64,000 nucleotides of DNA. Source: Octopus sinensis. Its lineage: Eukaryota. The stretch is from contig NC_042999.1 of assembly GCF_006345805.1 (NCBI RefSeq), positions 16,740,001 through 16,804,000 of the forward strand. The letters run 5' to 3'. Under the pieces are notes generated by a model that ran no database searches, was not told the origin of the DNA, and saw only the letters and a program-made list of their open reading frames with translations. The position numbers were made by a program, and so were the translations under genes. This document shows, piece after piece, positions 55,195-64,000 of this stretch (positions within the stretch are counted from its first letter, which is position 1; every line of letters begins with the position of its first letter).

Positions 55195-56150
55195 TTGCTG
55201 AAAAAGCAACTGTGAATATTCTGAAAAGGCTAAATATCGGACGACAAAACATCATGGTCAATCGATGCGAAGAATAGGAACTCCATGACCAATATCTGAA
55301 AAGCTGCAATAGAAAATGAAAATTCGAAACATTGCCTGACAAGTAGACGCCTAAAATGAGAGAGAAGGATTCGTGATTGGGACACAGGATCAAAGCCTTT
55401 CTAGAAAAATCCATCAAAATCATTTCATGAATGGACATCATGGCGCATTAGATCACAGTTTATAACAAAACTAGAAATGGAAACGAAACTAATGGACATT
55501 ACTAGTTTAATCTTTTGTTGTTTTATTTTGCGTTAATAAGATAAAGTTATAATATTCTCAACTGGATGCTGAACAAAATAGAAATATTAAACAGAAAAAT
55601 AACGAAAACAATGACTGAATTTAGAATACACAACTCAGAATCTGACACAGGGAAAGATTATATTTACTGCGAATACAGAACGATACGGGTTTTATCTAAC
55701 TAGCAAACTGTTATAAATTATCCACTATAGCACTGCATTTAGTTGATACGTTTATCTAGTAAAGAATAATGGAAAACTAATACAATTAGCTATAAAACCT
55801 CAAAATGAAATCTGTTTTCTGTCTCTAACGAAGCCAACATGTATATCGCAGAGACTGACAGATAACTATATAGAAAAAAGAGAAAGAAGAGAATTTTGTG
55901 AAACTGCTAAAGATCTAGTGAAGAATATGGTTACATAATGCCGTCATGAAAATTCAGCAAGAAATGTCCCTACATAGCCAATATATGAAAAGTTGAACAG
56001 ACTGGATATAGACTAGAAACATGTGCAAATTTGCCCTGGGGAACACAAGAAACAAAGCTGAATGTAAAGGTTTCTTGATTTTGTCGGCAAATTAGACAAG
56101 TTGTAAAAAGATTCATCAACAGAGTGTCATGGGACATTGCACAGCATAGA
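55195..56150 (+). mobile_element. Two older R4/Dong-like internal fragments
   Basis: 55195-55435: ELHDQYLK..EGFVIGTQDQSL. 55470-56150: SYNILNW..EILNRKITKTMT..RIHN..LHSQYMK..KAECKGFLI. Confidence 0.62.
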
Positions 56151-56611
56151 ATCGTGGAATATGTAAGAAAATGGAACATAACAATTAACCACATTTTCTC
56201 TGGGTGTCCGGTTCTCAATAAAGATCAAATGGCTTACTCGAGCTACAGACTCAAAAGGAAGGTTCTCCTGGATTATGGTTTGTATATATTTCCCCCATAG
56301 ACTGGACGCCCGTGCATCCCAGGATTGGAGCAACGTGATATGAAGTGTTTTGCGTGAGAACACAACGCAAAACCCTATCCATGAATCGAAACCTCAATCT
56401 TAGGATAATGCACCCCGCTGAACTCTTTCACCACAACTTTCTCTCACTCTTTTAGGCACAGCAGTTGCTGTTTGGTAAATAGCTAGCGCACTAACCACAT
56501 GGTTCCGGGTTCAGTCCCACTGCGTGGCACCTTGGGCAAGTGTCTTCTACTATAGCCTCGGGCCGACCAAAGCCTTGTTAGTGAATTTGGAATAATGACA
56601 TCCAGGAATAA

Positions 56612-56810
56612 TAATAATAACATTGAAAAATTACCTTAGGAATGAGAACCCAGGTTCGAAATTTCCCCAAGACACCTGATGTGAGCTGGAGGGTATATCA
56701 TCCGAAACGCTGTGTTAACAACAAACAAGTTGAGGAAAAATATCCGTCAAATGTAAATAATGTAAATAATGTATATAATTCCTCATCTCTTAAATATAGA
56801 ACTTTCTCAA
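56612..56810 (+). mobile_element. Short Penelope-like repeat with degenerate hammerhead (56671-56716)
   Basis: gacac-CTGATG(t)GA-gctggagggtatatcatcc-GAAA-cgc-tgtgtt. It truncates a family 3 SINE at ~56590. Confidence 0.55.
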
Positions 56811-57594
56811 TTGCATTTCCAAGAACATGCAAAGAATCGATAGGGACTTAACCGAAGTGGAAAGTACCAGTCCTCAATCCTTTCATCTTCGTCTATTGTA
56901 CCACCTCTTCTGCAATTGACACCTGATAGAATCATACCAACAGCCCTGCCTCATGTGTGGTGACTGGTAGGGTGATTCTCACAATGCATAAACAGCTCCT
57001 GATGTAACAAAACTAATAATTTCAAGAAAGGTCTTTAGCTGATCCCCCATTCCCAGTTATAATAATACTTCTCTTTATCGGCCTTAAAAAACGTGAATGG
57101 TTAAGTCGACCACTGCAGGAATTGAACTCAGAGTGTAAATTGCTGGCAACAATATCGCAAAACATTTGGTCCAATGCTCTGAATATTCTATCAAAATAAC
57201 AGTAGTAAGGTGGGTTTTTTTACACTGGAAATGATGTCAGCGTTATGAAAACCGACGTAAAAGTGCAGTGCAACCACATTGGGGAGAAGGCCTATACACA
57301 GAAACATAACGATTGGAAAACAGACACAATGTGATTATAGACATGGAAATATTATTTGGCATACAGAGATAAAAGCATATTGATAGAATATTTTTGACGA
57401 GGATCATTGGGAAATAACGTGTCACCTAAAAGAGGTATGAGCCTCAACAAACGGCGATATATCCTTAACAGTTATGGAAAACCTATTCAAATGTAAAATA
57501 TCTGGAAACGTGAATAACTGGAATAAATGGATTGGAAACATGAACAACTTTCATAACTCTATGTTGCTTAGCAATGTCTAAAATGGTGCGTATA

Positions 57595-57977
57595 TCTCTC
57601 TATATATAAACGGCAGTTTGTCTGTGTGCGTGTCTGTGTGTCTGTCAGGTTGTACCCTCACCCTGACCACGGCCTTCAACCGAATCTGATGAAACTTGAC
57701 ACACACATAGCCCAATGTCATAATTCAAAATTAACGCAGACAAAATTTTGAAAAGTTCCCCCAGTTCTGAAAAAAATCGATAAATTCGACATGGGGTCCA
57801 GAATTAGAAACACAAACCACAGACTGTCTAGGGGACGCAACTCGACCTTTTTAACTCTCAAAAAAATTTACCATATTTTTTTTTCCATTTTTTTGCTATT
57901 TTTTGGCTATAACTCTCTAAAAATGCTTTATAGTTATTTCCCTTACAAACCCGAGCAACGCCGGGCGATACTGCTAG
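57595..57977 (+). mobile_element. Non-autonomous Helitron
   Basis: A|TC start, 3' hairpin cccgagcaacgccggg (57950-57965), CTAG|T end. Confidence 0.88.
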
Positions 57978-58169
57978 TGTATGTATAAATGTGTACACAA
58001 ACACACATACATACGTATGCATATATATATGCACACATATCTACAAATAGGATGCTTACGTCGGTTTTCATAATATGAATTCAAAGGCACGAAGAACTCT
58101 TCTTAATCACGTAAAATAAATTCTTATGAAGATATATGGCGCATGAACTACTGGATATGGTGATGTACT

Positions 58170-58452
58170 TACGGTCGCGAGATCGTAGTTTCAATTCCCA
58201 GACCAGGTGGTGCATAGTGTTCTTGAGCAAAACACTTCATCTCAATGTCATTCCACTATCACGTCTACACCTAAAGCCGGGTATCTATGGTATCGAGCAG
58301 AATATATCTGCTTCAGGCAACGTCGATTTGATGGGGAGAGTGAGGAGCTAATATGCAGCGCGAACATTTGATTACTGTAAACAAATCATTTGTGCTGTTC
58401 GTTCGGTAAAAGCTGGAAACCCATACGTCGCCGTCGACGGGAGAGTCCTTCA
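58170..58452 (+). mobile_element. Old tRNA-headed SINE with RTE-like tail
   Basis: Degenerate B-box gtttcaattccc, gtgttcttgagcaaaacactt block and terminal cgtcgccgtcgacgggagagtcc. A related decayed copy lies at ~31190-31410. Confidence 0.5.
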
Positions 58453-58466
58453 CCATTATTATTATT

Positions 58467-59036
58467 GCGTGAGAGAGCAACCACATGCCATCAAAGTGAC
58501 CCTGGGTTATAAATATACGAAGCCCAATGAACCTCTCATGACTACCATTCTGATAAGGGTACACTAGGCACATGTATCCTATGCATCGCATAGTGCGCTA
58601 CATGGTGATCTCATATCAAAATAATCAGCGCACGATCTCGAAAGTGGGGGCCAGTAAGAATTTTCTTAGAATTTTCTTCGAGTAGGCCATAACGATGGAA
58701 AGGCCCCTGAATAAGGTTTCTTTTAAGAAAGATAAACAACACATCCATGTTTCCAGAGGCGAATTATTCAATCGCCTAGGACTTCCACTCAACACATGGT
58801 GATGATGCTCCCCACCCCACTATGCTCGTGGTCAGAGATGCACATATCGTCAGCCACTAAGGGACATGCTCAACTGGTTAAGGTCAAACAACTGACAAGC
58901 AAATCTGTGGTATTGAGCAGAATATTTGCTGTAGCCCATCTTTTATACCAAGACAAAACAATGTACATGATAACACTTCCAATCAGTTAAGATCAGAAGC
59001 CACGAGAGCCACTGCCTGGTACTGCTTCAGGGCATT
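58467..59036 (-). mobile_element. ~570 bp headless retroposon-like element in (TAA)n, copy 1
   Basis: Homologous end to end with 59104-59645; flanked by (tta)n. Confidence 0.8.
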
Positions 59037-59054
59037 TAGTTACTGCATCAGGGC

Positions 59055-59103
<49 letters not shown>

Positions 59104-59645
59104 GAGTGATGCATGCCATCAAAGTGACACTGGGGTAAAACATACGAAGCCTAGTATACCCATCATGACTACCCGTCTGATAAGGGTACACCAGACACAT
59201 GCCATATGTTCGTGACATGGTGATCTCATATCAAGCAAAACAGCGCATGACCTTGTAGGTGGGGACCAGTTAGAATTTTCTTCAGATCCAATGGCCCATA
59301 CCGTTCGAAAGGCCTCTGAATAAGGTTTGTTTTAAGGATGATGAACAAAGCACCCATGTTTCCAGAGGTGAACTATTCAAACCCCAAATAATCCATCTTA
59401 ACATATGGCTATGATGCTCCCCTACTACTTCTACTCATGGTCAGAGATGCACATGTCGTCAGTAACTAAGGGACATGCTCAACTGGTTACGGTCAAACCA
59501 CTGACATGCAAATCTGCGGTATTGAGCAGAATATTTGCTGTAGCCCATCTTTTATACCAAGACAAAATAATGTACATGATAATATTTCCAATCAGTTGAG
59601 ATGAGAAGCCATGAGAGCCACTGCCTGGTATTGAATCAGGGCATT
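59104..59645 (-). mobile_element. Same element, copy 2
   Basis: Same termini (5' aatgccctga; 3' ...cactc(aat)n, with a short deletion). Confidence 0.8.
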
Positions 59646-59701
59646 TATTTATTTATTTATTTATTTATCATCATCATCATTATCATCATTATCATCATCA
59701 A

Positions 59702-59797
<96 letters not shown>

Positions 59798-60036
59798 GAT
59801 TCACTTCTCAGAAGCTCGGTCTTGTTTGCTCTGGTAGATTCTGTGATGAAAGATAAAGTCGACCTCATCAGAATTTGAACTCAGAACGTACCAACGAGCG
59901 AAATACCGCGAAGCATTTTTGTCCAGCGCGCTAACAATTCGGCCAGCTCACCGCCTTACTTAACAACAACAACGACGATAATAATAATAATAATAATTAT
60001 AATAATATTAATAATAATAATAATTATAATGATAAT

Positions 60037-60460
60037 GTGGCTGTGTGGTAAGTAGATTGCTTACCAACCACATGGTTCCGGGTTCAGTCCCACTGCGTGG
60101 CACCTTGGGCAAGTGTCTTCTGCTATAGCCTCGGGCCGACCAAAGCCTTGTGAGTGGATTTGGTAGACGGAAACTGAAAGAAGCCCGTCGTATATATGTA
60201 TATATATATATATATATACATATGTGTGTGTGTGTGTGTTTGTGTGTCTGTGTTTGTCCCCCTAGCATTGCTTGACAACCGATGCTGGTGTGTTTATGTC
60301 CCCTTTTACTTAGCGGTTCGGCAAAAGTGACCGATAGAATAAGTACTGGGCTTACAATAGAATAAGTCCCGGGGTCGAGTTGCTCGATTAAAGGCGGTGC
60401 TCCAGCATGGCCGCAGTCAAAATGACTGAAACAAGTAAAAGAGTAACAGAGTAAAGAGTA
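60037..60460 (+). mobile_element. SINE family 3, near full length
   Basis: Near-identical to 53569-53980 and the reverse complement of 47230-47640. Confidence 0.9.
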
Positions 60461-60465
60461 ATAAT

Positions 60466-60513
<48 letters not shown>

Positions 60514-60542
60514 TATAATAATAATAATAATAGGAAGATGGA

Positions 60543-60578
<36 letters not shown>

Positions 60579-62449
60579 TGAATGATGAGGATGATAATGA
60601 TGATGATGAGGGTGAGGATTCCATTTGGAAATTGTTGTTTTAGCACAATGAAAAAGCTTTTGTAAATGTAAAAGAAAAACAGAAAGATTATTTTCTCTTC
60701 TTTGAGTTTGATAAGAAACTGATAAGTGGATTCAATGTTTATACACGGATTTGCCAAGATAATTTGTAACAACTACCGGTGTGTCTGCGATAACCCTGCG
60801 GGAAATGAATAGCTAGGAACATTTCCATTGTTTGTCATTGTTTACCATTTCAAAGTATGTCATTCCTTCTTTGGGAGAAAAGTGTCGGTATCGTTATTAT
60901 TACTGTTATTATTATTATCACTATTCTTGAAAAATACCCGAAAATGATGGTACTTTCTGTCTGCAAACAGTGGGGGTTTTTTTTCAGTTTTGCGAATATG
61001 TATGTTCTCTTATCTATGTACAATGCTCCGCTTCTTTCAAATTATTTTGTACGACTTTCGCATATCTGTTAGATCGTAGCGTAATAAATCTCGAAATGTT
61101 GTCTCACGTTTTTCTCTTCTAGGTTTAAATTCTGCAGAGCTCAACATAGCCGTTTATCGTGTACGCGTTCATAAAAAGAGTTCCGATCCAGGCAGTGGGT
61201 TGGCAGAACTGTTAGAACTAGAACGCGCTGACTTGTAGTACTGGGTTTATCCCATTTTCTTCTGACACTAAAGCCCTCTGTGGTCACTTGTGACAAGGCG
61301 TATTGACCTAAAGAGACATCTTTATCTTAGGAAACATCGGGGGCGTGGACAAATGAGGTACGCATGTATGGGTAACTAACAATATTCCACAGAAACTTTA
61401 TCCAGGTTACCTTACTCACCAAAGGAAGACCTTGTATTTTGGGTTGGTTTTGGACGTTGTGGCAATTTTTGGATGCAGGTCATACTAGGAAGATTTACCT
61501 CGTTCATGAATAGCTTTTATCCTATCAGGGTATGTAAATGCAAACAATTACATTTTTTTGTCTCTCTTTGGTTGGACAGTTAAGATGTGACATGATTTTC
61601 AACGGAGTTTCGCTTGGTGCAAACCCTCACAGTTTGTTAGAGAAACATGAAATCCGCATAGTTATCTAAAAGCATACAAAGACTTCCGCTGCTTCTGATA
61701 GTAATAACAACAATAATACATTATGGTATAAGTACAGGGCTTGAATATTTTGTGGGGTCTACGCTATTACTTATACTTTAGGATATCACCGGCACTTAAT
61801 GTTATGAACCCAAAAAAGATGAAAGATATAAATCAAGTTCAGAAGACATTCCATAAAGACTTTATGCTGGTCCTCTAACGATTCTACGATCTCAGCGATA
61901 TATTGGTTTCGAATTTTGGCACTAGGCTAGCAAATTTCGTAGAGGGGAAAACCAATTACATCGAGCTCTGTGATTAACTAGTACTTATTTCATCGACCCC
62001 GAAGGGACGAAAGACAAAGTGAATTCGGCGGAATTTGAACTCAGAATATAAAGACGGACAAAATACAGCTAAGTGTTTTCCCCAGCCTGCTAACGATTCT
62101 GACACCTCGCCACCTTATTTCGTCGGTATATTTATAATCGTTTGAAATGCTGATGTAGGGACAGCAATTTCTATGTAGAAGAAACTGGAGCAAGTCGATT
62201 ATATCGACCGACCCCACCCCGAATTTGATTGATACTATATCGATCCCGAAAACATATTGCCAAAGTTGATTTCAGCGGTATTTAAATATAGAACGCAAAA
62301 CAAACAGTAAAAAAAATTCTGCTAAGCATTTTGTTCAACGCGTTTGCAATTCTGTCAGCTAATAATAAAAGAGAATTTTAAAAATCTGCAACATAGTTTT
62401 GGGTGTAGAGTAAAATTATAAGACTCCATTTTATGGGAATTAAACATCA

Positions 62450-62630
62450 GGCGCAGGAGTGGCTGTGCGGTATGTAGCTTTCTTACCCACCAAATGGATC
62501 CGCGTTCAGTCCCACTGCGTGGCAACTTGGGCGAGTGTCTTCTACTATAGCCTCGGGCCGACCAAAGCTTTGTGAGTGGATTTCGTAGTCGGAAACTGAA
62601 AGAAGCTCGTCGTATATATATATATATATA

Positions 62631-62674
<44 letters not shown>

Positions 62675-62852
62675 TGTGTCTGTGGTTGTCCTCCCAACAT
62701 CGTTTAGCGTTTCAGCAAAAGAGACCGATAGAATAAGTAGTAGGCTTACAATGAATAAGTCCTCGGGTCGATTTGCTCGACTAAAGGCGATGCTTCAGCA
62801 TGGCCGCATTCAAATGACTGAAACAAGTAAAAGAGTAAAAGTGTAAAGAGTA
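62450..62852 (+). mobile_element. SINE family 3, full length, diverged
   Basis: Same head, CORE-like block, internal repeat and tail. Confidence 0.85.
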
Positions 62853-63311
62853 TAACACCAATGGCAATAGCGATTAAATATAATATATTTCAACAAACAC
62901 AAAATGGTGGATATTTCGTCATACAAACCTAACTACCTTGCACGTAATAAATGCATCGACGATAACTTGATTAACGTTAAGGCGAGCTTAAACTGTGAAG
63001 CTAAATGGTCGCAGCTATTTGAGTGCAAAGGAATCCTTACACAAACGCATCCGCTTCCAGCATTCAGGATGTTAGTCAGTAGCGCAACATTGCCCACGCA
63101 GTTTACACTTTGTCTCTAGCTTGTAAACTATATAGCCTTTAATACATACACACACACATATACAGAGAGAGAGAGAGTAAGAGAGAGAGTGAGAGAGAGA
63201 GAAATAATACATATATGAATTATATATATTATATATAAATGTGCGTGCGTGTTTGTGTGCTTGTGTACATTAAAGCTATTATTAATAATACCAATATATT
63301 TACTGATAGGG

Positions 63312-63527
63312 TGACTCAGTACAGAGAGTAGAGCCAAATTTATTAAGTCCTATTTCATATGAACTTTAGTTTACACACACACACAGACAAAGACTATACG
63401 TATCACTTATACACATTCATACATATATACTTTATATATATATATAATGCATATATATATATGTATATATAGGTATATATATGTGTATATATATAGTTAT
63501 GTATATATATGTATATATATATGTATA

Positions 63528-63567
<40 letters not shown>

Positions 63568-63789
63568 ATACATATATATACATATATATATGCATTATAT
63601 ATATATATATACATATATATACCTATATATACATATATATATGCATTATATATATATATAAAGTATATATGTATGAATGTGTATAAGTGATACGTATATT
63701 CTTTGTGTGTGTGTGTGTGTGTGTGTGTAAACTAAAGTTCATATGAAATAGGACTTAATAAATTTGGCTCTACTCTCTGTACTGAGTCA
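63312..63789. repeat. 478 bp young palindrome with a (TA)n-rich centre
   Basis: ~120 bp unique arms identical except CA-repeat length and 1-2 bases. Interruptions within the TA tract are also mirrored. Confidence 0.9.
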
Positions 63790-63809
63790 TATATATATAT
63801 ATATATATA

Positions 63810-64000
63810 TATGTTTATATAAATGTAGTAAATAAATAAAACGGAAAAAACACAACAATATGAGCACGTGGTAGATGTAAAGTATTAGCAGACGCTCAGG
63901 GAAGGAGAGAAAGATGGTTTAACGTTTCGAGCAGAGCTCTTCTTCAAAAGCAGAGGAAAGTCCATTAGGAAAGGAAGAACGAGGAAGAAAATCGCCAACA
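63810..64000 (-). mobile_element. Penelope-like terminal repeat with degenerate minimal hammerhead (63916-63955)
   Basis: TTGAAGA-agagctctgctc-GAAA-cgtta-aacc followed by the cctgagcgtc..aata..ccacgt tail shared with 37640-37830. Runs off the window. Confidence 0.65.

Noticed and set aside
54488-56150. A single scrambled Dong element
   Set aside because: The two internal fragments both contain the LHxQY and GF motifs, so they are separate copies.

Overview
AT-rich, microsatellite-dense eukaryotic DNA with no recognisable host protein-coding exon. Nearly all supplied ORFs are translations of (TA)n, (CA)n, (TATC)n, (AAT)n or (AAG)n tracts. The tRNA-Arg-headed SINEs and the overall repeat make-up suggest an octopus genome (inference from recall, not a database match). 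The window is a nested mosaic of decayed mobile elements: four or more tRNA-headed SINE families; fragments of RTE, CR1/L2-type and R4/Dong LINEs; a Tc1 remnant with D36E spacing; a maT-like mariner 5' end; two non-autonomous Helitrons; and many Penelope-like terminal-repeat remnants. The most striking pattern is about ten type-I hammerhead ribozyme motifs (CUGANGA...GAAA...UH, several with complete stems) in ORF-less elements. These repeatedly show a head-to-head inverted architecture and form 125-640 bp palindromes. Other highlights are a LINE/SINE pair sharing a 3' hairpin with compensatory substitutions, SINE multimers with fixed junctions, one SINE head carrying three different tails, and a ~560 bp headless retroposon confined to (TAA)n tracts. 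All assignments were made by eye; coordinates of degenerate elements are approximate.
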